Source: the human T2T-CHM13v2.0 reference genome, Homo sapiens. From it: 64,000 bases of DNA. Below the pieces are notes generated by a model, which made no database searches, was not told where the DNA came from, and saw only the letters and a list, made by a program, of their open reading frames with translations. The stretch is from the NCBI RefSeq assembly GCF_009914755.1, contig NC_060944.1. One strand, given 5' to 3'. Position numbers and translations under genes: made by a program. Shown piece after piece: positions 13,784 through 34,546 of this stretch (the stretch's first letter is position 1; every line of letters starts with the position of its first letter).

Positions 13784-14119
13784 CTCTGTTCATTTGGGAG
13801 AAAGTAAGGCAAGGGAACAAGTGTTTTTGCCTAGTAATCCAGAAAATTCGTCCAGCTCTCCAATACCATTAAGGTGGTATATCCACAAGTCTGCAAGAAG
13901 CACAGTGTTAGTGGGCTTGGGGTGCCCCCTAAAGCAAATAGACCTTAGATCAAACACCCAAGTCCTTTTGAATATTTAGAAAGCATTCTCAAGAAGGATG
14001 CTTGGAAGCCCAGACTAAGAAGACTACAATACATGCCTAACATTTCAAGACCAGACACCAACAAACATCTACAAACATCACCACCATCTAGAAAATCATG
14101 AACTCAAAAAATGAACCAA

Positions 14120-14189
14120 GGCACATGTATACATATGTAACTAACCTGCACAATGTGCACCTGTACCCTAAAACTTAAAGTATAATAAA
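14120..14189 (+). mobile_element. Ultra-short (~70 bp) young L1 (L1PA2/L1HS-like) 3' terminus
   Basis: ggcacatgtatacatatgtaactaacctgcacaatgtgcac.tgtaccctaaaacttaaagtataataaaa; 14-bp TSD aaaaaatgaaccaa at 14106-14119 and 14190-14203. Confidence 0.9.
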
Positions 14190-14313
14190 AAAAAATGAAC
14201 CAAATGAGCCATCAGGGACCAGTCTTGGAGAAACAGAGATATGTAACCTTTCAGACAGAGAATTCAAAATATCTGTTTTGAGGAAACTGAAACAAATTTA
14301 AGATAACAGAGAG

Positions 14314-14644
<331 letters not shown>

Positions 14645-15459
14645 TTAGAATCCTATCAGGTAAATTTAACTGAGGGATTTAAATAATTAAAAAGAATTCA
14701 GCAGAAATTCTGGAGTTTTTGAAAAATGCAATTGGCATACAGAAGAATGCATCAGAGACTTAATGGCAGAATTGATCAAGCAGAAGAAAGAATTAGTGAG
14801 CTTAAAGAGAGGCTATTTGAAAATATATAGTCAGAGGACACAAATGAAAAAAAGAATGAAAACAATGAAGCACACCTAGCCTCAACAGGGCAAATTTAAG
14901 AGTTACTGGCCTTAAAAATATTCCTCAAAAAATAAGGGAGAAATAGACTTTCCCAGACAAACAGAAGCTTAGGGATTTTACCAGCACCAGACCTGTCCTG
15001 AGAGAAATGCTAAAGAGAGTAATTTAATCAGAAAGAAAGGAATGTTAATGATCAATAAGAAATCATCTGAAGCTGCAAAACTCACTGGCAACATTAAGTA
15101 CACAGAAAAACATAGAATATTATAACACTCTGACTATGGTGTGTAAACTACTTTTATCTTAAGTAGAAGGACTAAACAATGAACCAATAAAAAATAATAA
15201 CCACAACAAATTTTCAAGACATAGACAGTACAGTACAGTAAGATATAAGTAGAAACAACAAAAAGTAAAATGTGGGGCAACAAAGTTAAAATATAGTGTG
15301 TTTATTAGTTTTCTTTTTGCTTTCGTTTGTTTATGCAAACAGTATTAAATTGTTATCAGCTTAAAATAATGAGTTACAAGATAGTATTTGCACGTCCAGT
15401 GGTAACCTTAAACCAGAAATATATATATATGTATGCATCCAGATGGGTAATGTCTGCTC

Positions 15460-18400
15460 ATAGTGAGACACCAGCTGAGGTAGCTCACAGCAACAAAAAT
15501 GACTCCTTCCTGCTTGAGGAGAGGAGAGCAAATAGTAAAGAGGACTTTGGCTTGCATCTTACATACCAGCTCAGCCACATAGGATAGGGCAACGGGCAGA
15601 GTCATGAGGCCCCCATTTTAGGCCCTAGCTCCCGGATGACATTTGGAGGCACACCATGGGCCAAAAGGGAATCTGCTGCCTTGAAGGGAAGGACCTAGTC
15701 CTGGAAGGATTCTTAATATGCTGACTAAATGGCCCTCAGGACCTGAATTACCAACAGGGATGCCCAGGTAGTATGCCATGGGCCTTAGGTGAGACTCAGA
15801 GATATGCTGTCTTCAGGTGAAACCCAGAACATTTGCATCTGTGATGGCTATGATGAAAGCCACTCACTCTGCTTAAGAAAAGCAGAGGGAAAAATAAAAG
15901 GGACTCAGTCTTGCACCTTATATATCAGCTTATTCATAGTAGGAAAGAGGACCAAGCAGGAGCTTAGGTTTCCTGAGTCTGGGCCTAAGTTCTTGGACAA
16001 CATTTCTGGATCTAAGCTGGGGAGCCCACTGCCCTGAAGGGTGAGTCCCGGGTCTGGCAGCATTCACCACAAGCTGACTGAAGAGCCATTGGCCTTTAAT
16101 TAAACATCAGTGGTAGGTTGGCAGAGCTCCCTGTGGCCCAGTGATAGTGGTGGCCACCAGAAAAGGCAACTCTACCAATGGAGAGGGGAAAAAAGAGTGG
16201 GAAGGACTGACCGTCTATTGTGGTTTGAAGGTCAGCTCAGCTGCAGTAGAAAAGAAAATCAGGTAGAATTCTCATGTTTTTGACTTCAATCACTGGATTC
16301 CATACAGCATCTTTAGACCTCCCCAGGGCTTATGGAAAGATGCCACCCTAAAGGGAAGGACACAAACCTGGCTGGCTTCCCCCCTCACCCAGCCCCCTGC
16401 CGATTGTAGAGCCCTGTGGCCTTCAGGGAACATAGGCAATAGCCAGGTAGTGTTTATAGATGACCTTGGGTGAGACCCAGTGTTTTGCTGGCTTCAGGTT
16501 TGATCCATTGAAGTCCCAGTGGTGGTGGCCAAAGAGGTGCTTTTTTCACCCTACCCTCAGTTTCGGGTGGCTCAGCACAGAGAAAGACTCTGTTTATTTG
16601 GGAGAAAGTAAGGGAAAAGAATAAGAGTCACTACCTGGTAATGCATGGAATTCTTCCAGATCTTATCCAAGACAACCAAGGTGGTACCTATACATGTCTG
16701 TAAGAAGCACAATATTTATGAGCTTGGGGCTTAATGTGGTTTGGTTCTGTGTCACCACCCAAATCTCATCTCTGACTTTAATCCTACATGTTGGGGGAGG
16801 GGCCCAGTGGGAGGTGATTGAATAATGGGGGAAAACTTCCCCTTTGCTTTTCTCCTGTCAGTGAGTGAGTTTTCATAAGATCTGGATGTTCACTTCCCCC
16901 TTCACTCTCTCTCTCCTGCTCCACTATGGTAAGACGTGTTTGTTTCCCCTTTGCCTTCTGCCATTGTAAGTTTCCTGAGGCCTCCTAGCCATGCTTCCAG
17001 TTAAGTCTGTGGAACTGTGAGTCAATTAAACCTCTTTTCTTCATAAATTACCCAGTCTCAGGTAGTTCTTTATAGCAGTGTGAGAACGAACTAATACAAG
17101 ACCCACATTCCTTTTAATACCTGGAAAGCCTTCCCAAGAAAGGCAAGCCCAAACAAGCCTTGACTGCAAAGGCTACAATAAATACCTGACTCTTCAATGC
17201 TCAGACACCCATAAATATGCACAAGATTCTACACTATCCAGAAAAACATGACATTGCCAAATGAACTAAATACCAACCCTGGAGAAAAAGAGCTATGTGA
17301 CACTTCAGACAGAGAGTTCAAAATAGCCATTTTAAGGAAATTCCAATAAATTCAAGATAACACAGAGAAGGAATTCAGAATCCTATCAGATAAATTTAAC
17401 TAAGATATAGAAATAATTTTAAAAACTCAAGCAGAAATTCTGGAATTAAAAAATGCAATTGACATACAGAAGAATGCATCAGACTCAATGGCTGAATTGA
17501 TCAAGCAGAAGAAATAATTAGTGAGTTTGAAGACAGGGTATTTAAAATACAAAGTCAGAGGAGACAAAAGAAGAAACACAACAAAGCATACCTACAGGAT
17601 CTAGAAAATAGCCACAAAAGGGAAAACCCAAGAGTTACTGGCCTTAAAGAGGAGGAATAGAAAGATAGGGGTAGAAATTTTATACAAATGGATAATAACA
17701 GAGATCTTTCCAAATCTAGAGAAAGATATCAAAATCCAAGTATGAGAAGTTTATAGAACACCAAGCAAGTTTAACCCAAACAAGACTACCTCAAGGCATT
17801 TAATAATTAAATTTCCAAAGATCAAAGATTTTAAAAAGGATTCTAAAAGCAGCAAGAAAAAAGAAACAAATAACATACAATAGAACCACAATACATCTGG
17901 CAACAGACTTTTCAGTGGAAACCCCATAGGCCAGGAGAGAGTAGTATGATATATTTAAAGTGGTGAAGGGAAAAAACTTTTAACCTAGAAAGTAAATCTG
18001 GTGAAAATATCCTTCAAGCATGAAGGAGAAATAAAGGCCTTCCCAGACAAACAAAAACTGAGGGATTTCATCAACACTGAACCTGTTCCAAAAGAAATGC
18101 TAAAGGGAATTCTCTAATCCGAAAGAAAAAGATGTTGATAATCAGGAAGAAATCATCTGAAGTTACAAAGCTCAATGGCAATAGTAATACTAAGCACTGG
18201 TAACACTAAGTACAGAGAAACCAATATATTATAACACTGTAATTGTGAGGTGTAAAGTACTATTATCTTAAGTAGAAAAAAAATGATGAACCAATCAAAA
18301 ATAATCACTACAACTTTACATGACATAGTACCATAATACATGAAAAGAAATAACAAAACTTAAAAAGCAGGGGGATGAAGTTAAAATGTAGAGTTTTCAT

Positions 18401-21400
18401 TCATTTTCTTTTTGCTTATTGGTTTGTTTATGCAATCAGTGTTGAGTGGTCATTACTTTAAAATAATGGGTTTTAAGATAGTATTTGCAAGCCTCATGGT
18501 AACCTCAAATCAAAAAACATTCACTGGATACACAAAAAAAATAAAAGCAAGAAAGTAAGTTATACCACAAGGGACAATCACCTTCAATTTAAAAAAGACA
18601 GAAAGAAAGAAATGAAGAGAGAGAAGACCAAAAGACCACCAGAAAACAACAAAATGCCAGGAGTAAGCACTTACTTATCAATAACAACATTGAATGTAAA
18701 CAGATTAAACTCTCCATTCAAAATATAAAGAGTGGCTGAGTGGATAAAAAAAGTAAGACTCAATGATCCTAAAGGAAACACATTTCACCTATATATTAAT
18801 ATATACATATAGACTGAAAATAAAGGGATGGAAAAAGATACTCCACGTCAATGGAAACCAAAAAAGAGCAGGAATAGCTATACTTATATCAAACATAGTA
18901 GATTTCAAGACAAAAACTATCAGAAGGGACAAAGGATGTAATTATATAATGATAAAGGGGTCAATTTAGCAATTAGGTAAACATTGTAAATGTGCATCTC
19001 AATGCTGAGCACCCAGGTATATAAAGCAAACATTATTGGAGCTAAAGAGAGATATAGACCTGCCTACAGTAACAGCTGGAGGCTTCAACATGCCACTTTC
19101 AGCTTTGGACAGATCTTCCAGACAGAAAATCAATATAAAAAATCAGATTTAATCTGCAGTATAGAACAAATGGACCTAAAAGGTATTTACAGAACATTTA
19201 ATCCAACAGCTGTAGAATATACATTATTCTCCTCAGCACATAAATCATTCTCAAGGACAGTCCATATATTAGACCACAAAACAAGTCTTAAAATACTAAA
19301 AAAAAAAGAAATAATATAATTCTGACCACAATAGAATAAAACTAGAAATTAATAACAAGAGGAATTTTGGAAACTATACAAACATGTGGAAATTTAAAAA
19401 CTACGCTACTGAATGAACAGTGGGTCAATGAAAAAATTACAAAGGAAATTTAAAAATTTCTTGAAACAAATGAAAACACAACATGTCAAAACCTATGGGA
19501 TACTGCAAAAGCAACGGTAAGAGGGAAATTTATAGCAATAAGTGCCTACATTAAAAAGAAGAAAAACATCAAACAAGTAACATTATGATGCATCTTGAAG
19601 AACTATAAATGCAAAAGCAAATCAACCCCAAAATTAGTAGAAGAAAAGAAATAATAAAGATCAGAGCAGAAATAAATGAAATTGAAACAAAACATTACAA
19701 AAGATCAACAAAATGAAAATCTACTTTTATGAAAGACAATTAAAATTGACAAATCTTTAGCTAGACTAAGAAAAAAGGAGACACCTATATTTTCAAAAAT
19801 CAGAGCTGAAAAGAGATATTATTACTGATACTGAAGGATTTCCAAGGATCACTAGTGGCTACTATGAGAAACTATATCCCAATATATTTCAAAATCTAGA
19901 GAAAGTGGATGAATTTCTAGATATATACAACCTAACAAGATTGAAAAATGCAGAAATTCAGAACCTGAACAAAGAAATAACAAGTAACAAGATTGAAGCC
20001 ATCATAAAGGGTCTCCCAGTAAAGAAAAGCCCAGGATCAGATGGCTTGACTGCTGAATTCTACCAAACACTTAAAGAAGAATTAATACTAATTCTATTCA
20101 AACTATTCCAAAAATTAGATAAGGAGGAAATACTTCTAAACTCATTCTATGAAGCCAGTATTACCCTGATACCAAAACCAGAAAAAGACACATCAAAAAA
20201 GAAAATTATAGGCTATAAAACTATAGTTAAAATTTAAAACTATAGTTTACTTAGAAAACTAAGAAAACTCTTCAAAATCTCTAATGAATATTAATGCAAA
20301 AAATCCTCAACAAAATACTAGCAAACCAAATTGAACAATATATTAAAAAGATCATTCATCATGATGAAGTGGGATTTATCCCAGGGATGCAAGGATGGTT
20401 TAACATAAACAAATCAATCAATGTGATACATCATATCAACAGAATGAAGGCCAAAACCATATGATCATTTCAATTCATCCATAAGAACCATTTTATAAAG
20501 TGCAACATCCCTTTATGATTAAAGAAAACTCTCAAAAAACTGGGCATAAAAGAAACAAACCTCAACGTAAAAAAGCCATATACAAAAGATCCACAGCTAC
20601 TATCATACTGAATGGGGAAAGAAATGAAAGCCTTTCCTTTAAGATATGGAACATGACAAAGATGTCCACCGTCACCACTGTTATTTGACATAGCACTAGG
20701 AGTCCTAGCCAAAGGAATCAGGCAAGAGAAAAAAAATAAAATGCATCCAAATGCAAAGGCAGAAGTCAATTTATTCTTGGTTGCAGATAATATGATCCTT
20801 TTTTTAAAAAAAAAAAACCTAAAGACACTACCAATAAACTATTGGAACTGATAAACAAATGCACTAAAGTTGAAGGATACAAAATCAAAATACATGAATC
20901 AGTAGCATTTCTATGTATCAATAGTAAACAATCTGAAAAATAAATGTAAAAATAATCCAATTTACAATAGCCACAAATAAAATTAAATACCAGGAATTAA
21001 CATAACCAAAGAAGTGAAGAATCTCTACAGTGAAAACCATAAAACACTGATGAAAGATACTGTAGAGGTCACAAATAAACAGAAAAATATTCCATGTTCA
21101 TGGACTGGAAGAATTAACATTATTAAAATGTTCATACTACCCAAAGCAATCTACAGACCCAATGCAATCGCTATCAAAATACCATTAACATTCTTCACAG
21201 AAATAGAAAACATAATCCTAAAAGTTATATGGAACCACGAAAGACTTAGAATAGCCAACGCTATCCTAAGCAAAAAGAACACAACTGAAGAAATCACATT
21301 ACCTGACTTCAAATTATACTAACAGAGCTATGGTAACTAAACCAGCATGGTACTGGCATAGAAACAGACACATAGGTCAATGGAACAGAATAGAGAACTC

Positions 21401-22942
21401 AGAGACAAATTCATCTGCCTACAGTGAACTCATTTTTGACAAAGTTTCCAAGAGCATGTGGTAGGGAAAGAATAGTATCTTCAATAAATTGTGATGGGGA
21501 AATTGAATATCTGTATGCAGAATGATGAAACTAGACCCCTATCTCTTGCTCTACACAAAAAAGTCAATTCAAAATGGATCAAAGACTTAAATTTGAGGCC
21601 TCAACCTATGAAACTACTATGAATAAACATTGGGAAAACTCTACAGGACATTGGTCTGGGCAAAAATTTCTTGAGTAACACCCCACAAGCACAGGCAGCC
21701 AAAGTAAAAATGGACAAATGGGATCACATCAAGTTAAAAAGCTTCTGCACAACAAAGGATACAATCAACAAAGTAAAGAGACAAGCCACAGAATAGGAGA
21801 AAATAATTGCAACCTACTCATCTGACAAGGGATTAATAACCAGAATACATCAGGAGCTCAAACAACTCTACAAGGAAAAAATCTAATAATCCAATTTGAA
21901 AATGGGCAAAATATCTAAATAGATATTTCTCCAAAGAAGACATATAAATGGCAAGCAGGCCTATGAAAAGGTGCTCAACGTTATTAATCATAGGAGAAAA
22001 GCAAATCCCCAAACTACAATGAGATATCATCTTACCCCAGTTAAAATGGCTTTTATCCAAAAGACAGGCAGTAACAAATGTTGGCGAGGATGTAGAGAAA
22101 AGCGAACCCTTGCACACTGTTGGTGGGGATGTAAATTAGTACAACCACTATGGGTAACATTTTGGAGGTTCTTCAGAAAACTGATAATAGAACTATCATG
22201 TGATTCAGCAATCCCACTGCTTGGTATATACCCAAAAGAAAGGAAATCAGTACATTGAAGAGATATCTGAACTCCTATGTTTGGTGCAGCACTGTTCACA
22301 ATAGCTAAGACTTGGAAGCAACCTAAGGGTCCATCAACAGATGAATAGATAAAGAAAATGTAGTGCATATACACAATGGAGTACTAACTAGCTATAACAA
22401 ATGAGATCTAGTCATTTGCAACAACGTGGATGGAACTGGAGATCATTATGTTAAATGAAATATTAAGTCAGGCACAGAGAGAAGAAAGATAAACATTGCA
22501 TGTTCTCACTTATTTGTGTGATCTAAAAGTCAAAACAATTGAACACATGAACACAGAGAGTAGAAGGATGGTTAACAGAGTCTGGGAAGGGTATTGGGGG
22601 TGGGAGTAGGGGGTGTAGTGTGAGTAGGATTGGGGGCAGTTGATAGGTACAAAAACGTAGTTAGAAAGAATGAAAAAGAGCTACTAATCGATTGCACAAC
22701 TGGGTGAATATAGCCAATAATGATTTAACTGTACATTTTAAAATAACCAAGAGTGTAATTGGATGATTTGTAACACAAAGAAAAATACTTAAGGTGATGA
22801 ATACCCCATTTATCATGATGTGATCATTAAACATCGCATGCCTGTATCAAAGTATCTCAAATACCCCATAAATATATACACCTACTATATACCCACATAA
22901 ATTGCAAATAACATTTTTAAAATAGTAATAATAAAAATAAAA
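15460..22942 (+). mobile_element. L1MA-type (L1MA2-like) copy 2: partial 5'UTR, ORF1, ORF2 and 3'UTR, all disrupted
   Basis: ORF2 peptides across the ORF track (ETHFTY...LKIKGWKKI; KKSPGSDGLTAEFYQT; [22 protein letters not shown]; [16 protein letters not shown]); L1MA-type 3'UTR ending taccccataaatatatacacctactat plus A-rich tail; many stops and frameshifts. Confidence 0.92.
16732..17098 (+). mobile_element. MSTA-like MaLR solo LTR inside the L1 5'UTR
   Basis: tgtggtttggttctgtgtcaccacccaaatctcatc...gtaagtttcctgaggcctcc...aattaaacctcttttcttcataaattacccagtctcaggtagttctttatagcagtgtgagaacgaactaataca. Confidence 0.9.
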
Positions 22943-22959
22943 GGAAGAACTTTATTTAG

Positions 22960-23270
22960 CATATCTGGTCTTTCTCTCTGATTTGTTTTCCTTTTCTTCA
23001 TCCTCAAATGAGCTCTCTTCCATGTAGCAGTAAAGATGGGCTTCAGTATTGCCAATATATTATTCTTGGCACCTATGATCTTTGAAGGAACAAAAATTTC
23101 TTTCACTACAGATACATCAATTAACACTAAGCTGATGTAATTGGCCCAGCTTGGATCTGACATCCGTAGATCTGATTGGCTAGGCCCAGGTTGCATGCCC
23201 ACCTTAGAAATGAACAGTAAAATGAGTCCTTTATAAACAACATAAACAAAAATTAAAGGAGAACAGATTC
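22960..23270 (-). mobile_element. Old MLT1 (J/K/L-like) LTR fragment
   Basis: aaagatggg...taattggcccagcttggatc...ctgattggctaggcccaggttgcatgcccacc. Confidence 0.45.
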
Positions 23271-24329
23271 CACTATCTGAAGAGACTGGCCTTGCTTCCT
23301 GAAGAGGAGAAGTAAACAATGAAAAATAAGCAATATTTTACACCAACCATGATTTAGTTCATCTTGTATGGACTCTTCGGCTGCCAAATTTAATATCATA
23401 TGTATTATCTGAAAGAAATGCAGATTTATATAGCAAATAAATAAACAGTTCACTTGGAGAACACACTTAACACTTGAATTAGTAAATCAGCATTTGTTTT
23501 ATATTACCTAAAGTCTGTTCTTTATCACTTTGACTTGTACAAACTAGACAAGATGAATTTCTTTAATTGAAAATTCTACTTTGTGAAATATGTGCTATAG
23601 ATAGTGAACAGAATATAAAGCAGGATAATCCTTGAAAGTTAATACAGAGATATCTTCCCCTCAAAAAAAAAAAAACAAAACCAAACAAAAACAGCCTATA
23701 TTTTTACAAATAAACAGTGGGAACAATGGCATGTGCCAAAAGAGAGCAAAGGGAAACTTGCCAGACCATCATTTATTCAGGCATGCAGGGCCTGGTATGA
23801 CACAGTCAGTTGCATTTAAATAACATGGGCAACATCTTTCATTTCAGGGTGCTTACATTAAGTAGAAAAAAGGAAAACCTTATTTCCTGTGGCCCCCTGT
23901 GCATGGTTTTTCCCCCAGACTATTTTCTGTTTTCCTTTTCCAACTTTGTGCTCTGGCCATGGTGCTGAATGCTGGAGGGCCACAACTCGATTAGCCCCAG
24001 GCTGACACGAAGAGCACAGTTCAAATTGTGGATTTAAAGTTACAGTAGATAATTATTCTTTTGTAAGAAGTGGTATTTTCTTTTTTGAGTAGGATAATTT
24101 GTGATGTGGGATAAGGCAGAGATCATGGCCCAAAAGAATATCACATTATTGACTCTGCTTCAGGGAGGAACATTTGTCTCTGCCTTCAAGTAAAATTATG
24201 GTTACTACTTCTTAGTAGCACAAAGACACATTAATTAGTTTTGAGAACAAATTAATTACAGAAACGACTTGCATCAATGCGGAAGAAAATACTTTAATAC
24301 CTCGAAAAATAAAAAATAAAAAATTCTTT

Positions 24330-24455
24330 ACTTAAGATGTAAGCTCCATATGGGCAATGTTTTGTTTTATCTATTTTGTTTTGCTTTATTTTCTTCCTAT
24401 GCCCCTACTATATCTCTAGTATGCCAAAATGAACATCACACATAGAAAGCATTAG
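24330..24455 (+). mobile_element. L2 3' fragment
   Basis: agatgtaagctccatatgggca...tatatctctagtatgcc...cacatagaaagcatt. Confidence 0.55.
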
Positions 24456-24504
24456 ACACTTTTTCTTAAAAAGATTTTTCCTCTACTTACTATGGTATTT
24501 TTAA

Positions 24505-24640
24505 AAAGTTACTATCCTCTTTGCCTCAGTTACTTTATATATGTGAGTTGTACCTAGATCACAGGATTATGTGATGATTAAGTGACATAAAACATATGAA
24601 ATACTTTTTAGAGTGTCATGTGAAGATCACTAAAAATTAG
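24505..24640 (+). mobile_element. MIR fragment
   Basis: tgcctcagttacttt...cacaggattatgtgatgattaagtgacataa...atgaaatact. Confidence 0.55.
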
Positions 24641-25329
24641 TATGACTATCATTTAATATAAGATAAATAAAAGGTACTTGAATATGAAATACATACTTAT
24701 ATCAAGACCTTTCAAAATGAACATGTGTTTCTTAACACTTAGAGTTTTGAATTCATGTAATTATATTAAAGTACAAAAATTTAAAAATATACTTAACTTG
24801 TATAGGCACATTTACCATAACTTTCTACATGTGGCAATATGAACAATGCCTTAGAGGAAATTTAAAAATGAATTTCAAGAACTGTCAACTAAGAAATAAT
24901 TGCTTGAAATGATTTAATAAATATTAAATAGTGGAGAAATCATTGGAAGGATAGTAAAAAATGATGATGCAAGCAAAATTTAATAGTATCAATGAAAAGC
25001 AAATGTGTTAGTTAAAAATCATTTTCATACAAAATTGTTGGTAACAAATGATGTTACAAACATTCAACACCTATCTATCATTACCTGAATGACCACATTC
25101 CAAAATAGTAATTTTGTTAAGGTGGTGTGGTACAACATATTATATGGTCTCATATAATATAAAAAATACATTTTATATCTGTAAATATTTTTGAAAATTA
25201 GTTATGATTTAATTAAAATGAAAATTTCATACATTATGTTACCAGATTATTCTGAAGCTCCAGATTTAGTGCATTTTAATTACTTCAAAATATATTTGTC
25301 ACATTTTCTTGTTATAAGAGATATATTAT

Positions 25330-27088
25330 TTTTAAGCTTTCTATTTTGATATTATTATAGACCAACCAGATGATATAGGTAAGTATCGATATAGACAGAC
25401 ACATTCACACAAGTACATCCGTGGAGGTCCCACGAGCTCTGCCTATCTCTCCTCCATTGTTAGTATCGTGTATAACTATACTACAATATCAAAAACATAA
25501 GAACTGATTTTAGTACAATCCATGACTTTTTTAAAATTTTACCAGTTACACAACCATTTATATGCACACGACATATGTGTGTGCAGCTCTATGCAATTTT
25601 ATTACATGTGTAGCTTTGTGTAACTACCACTACAATCAAGGTGCAGAACTGATTTTTTACTGCATGCTACCATTTAGAGCCAACTATAACTCTCCCCCAA
25701 AAACCTTTTCCTCTGTAAGCTACTAATTTGTTTTCTAGCCATATAATAACATTATTTTAACAATCACAGATACTTTGGATTATACATTATGTAAACTTTT
25801 TTGATTGGCTTTTCTCACTTAACGTAACTCCCTAAAGATCCTTCCAAGTTGTGTGTGTAATAAGACTTTGTTTCTTACAGAGTATCATTCCATGGTATAG
25901 ATATGCTTCAGTTTAACTATTCACCCTTGAAGAATATTTGGGTTACAGTTTTTTGACTATTACATGTAAAGCCAAAAAACTGTAGGATAAATTCTCTAGG
26001 ATAAATGCCTGAGAGTGAATTTCTATGATGTAGACACAGTACATTTTTAGTTTTTAAATAAAATGCCAAATTAATTTCCAGACTCTCTCATTTTACATTT
26101 ATACCAGCAATGTAAAAGCAATCTATTTTTTTCCACATCCTTGAAAGTATTTTGTGTTTGTACTGTATTTTTAATTTATTTATTCTGATATGTGTGTAAC
26201 ATATTAATATATTATTATAGTTTAAATTTGTATTTCCCTAGTGATCAATAGGGTTGAATATTTTTCATGCACTGTATTTCCTCTGTATTTCCTCTTTGTG
26301 AAATAACTGCTCATGTTTTCTGTCCATTTCATATTTGAATTTCTTATTGATATGGTTTATGAGTCATTTATATACTGTTGATTCAAACTCTTAGTCAGAT
26401 ACGTGCTTTGCAAATATTTTCTCACAGTCCATAGCTTATCTTTTCATTCTCTTAACAGAGTTCTCAACACGGCAAAATTTTTTTATTTTTATGAGGTTCA
26501 ATTTGTCAATTTTGGATCATGCCTGCATAAGTATTATTACCTGCATAATTATTTAAAACTGATGTTTGTGTACATATCGTCACATTTACTGCTGGGCTAC
26601 GGAGGGTGGCATGGGCAAAGAATTTTTTAGTGGCTTGCATTTCTATACTAGGTTTAGATCAAGGGTTTTTTTCTTGATTTTTGAGTCAATTTCTGAAAGG
26701 TATATTTTTCATAGAAATTGACTCAGGTCCTCTAAATTTTCAGCAAGTTTGATGAAATTTTTGATTCATTCCTGCTCTTCTCTTTTCATTTATGCTGTAT
26801 AATTCAAAATTTTGTTGACTTGTGCTTTTTCTTTTCACTGGTCATTTTCTTAAGAGTTTTGTGTATTTCATTAATCTTTAAAAAAATGAGCATATTGCAT
26901 GTTTGTTTCATACTTTTTTTGCTCTTATGTTTATTATGTTCTTTTTCCTATTTAAGGATTTATTCTACTGTTTTTTTCTAATTTCTTAAGTTACATACTT
27001 ATATAATGAATGCTTAGCCTTCATTATTTTGACAATAAAAATTTAAGGCCATATATTTCTTTTAAAATACTCTTCTGCTGAATTCCAT

Positions 27089-27090
<2 letters not shown>
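25330..27090 (-). mobile_element. Old L1MC/L1ME fragments (3'UTR plus ORF2 remnants)
   Basis: ctctatgcaattttattacatgtgtag...taactaccactacaatcaag; tattccatggtatagat; tttgcaaatattttctcacagtc. Confidence 0.75.

Positions 27091-27093
<3 letters not shown>

Positions 27094-27130
<37 letters not shown>
27094..27130. repeat. (TG)18 microsatellite
   Basis: Perfect TG run. Confidence 0.97.
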
Positions 27131-27134
<4 letters not shown>

Positions 27135-27337
27135 AAATTAATAGACTATATTTTCAAGCATAGTCTCAGGTTTGCAAATATATTGAACAGATAGTATAGA
27201 GGGTTCCCATATATTTTCTTTTCCCCTACAGTTTTCTCCAATTAACATATTGCATTAATGAGAACATTTGTTATAGCAAATGAAGCACTATGAGTACATC
27301 ATTATTAACTAAAGTCCATAGTACTACATATTAGGTT
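27131..27337 (-). mobile_element. L1MC1/2-like 3' terminus
   Basis: ttaatagactat...gttcccatata...attattaactaaagtccatagt...attaggtt. Confidence 0.75.
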
Positions 27338-27518
27338 TAAAAGCCTACGAGAGTCTTCTACCTAACAAAAGCCTAATCTCTAAGGGTACGGAATTTGCCA
27401 GATGACGATTCTAAGACATTATCCTATTTGGGGTATGGAATTTTGCCCTAGCACGATCCTTTTTGTTTCATGTAAGAGGAAAAACTAAAAAGTCAAACTG
27501 TGCATCCCAGAAATAGGT

Positions 27519-27806
27519 TGACCTAAAAGGAAGAGGCTGAAATACAAAAAGTGATTTAAAGAGTTTACTTGAGCCAAAATAAGGATGGCTGCCTGGAAGA
27601 CTCAGGCCCAAGAAACCTTGGATATAAGCTCCATTTGGCGTTTGTTACAACCAGATTTTAAAGGCAAAAAAAGAAAAAAAAAACAGGACAGGGAGTGTTT
27701 TATACAAAGTTCTGTAAGGAATTCTCATTGGTTTACAGAGATAATATTGATTAGTGATCAGTTATACATTGTTAAGTGATGGAGTGTGAGATATAGTGTC
27801 TGGTGA
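27519..27806 (-). mobile_element. ERV1 (MER4-group) LTR fragment
   Basis: tgacctaaaaggaagaggctga...agagtttacttgagccaaa...ctcattggtttacagagataa is a MER4-group LTR terminus; truncated. Confidence 0.6.
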
Positions 27807-27809
27807 CAA

Positions 27810-34546
<6,737 letters not shown>

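Noticed and set aside
18763-22374. Run of RT/endonuclease-like ORFs suggesting an active retroelement
   Set aside because: L1MA ORF2 is broken by many stops and frameshifts; a fossil.
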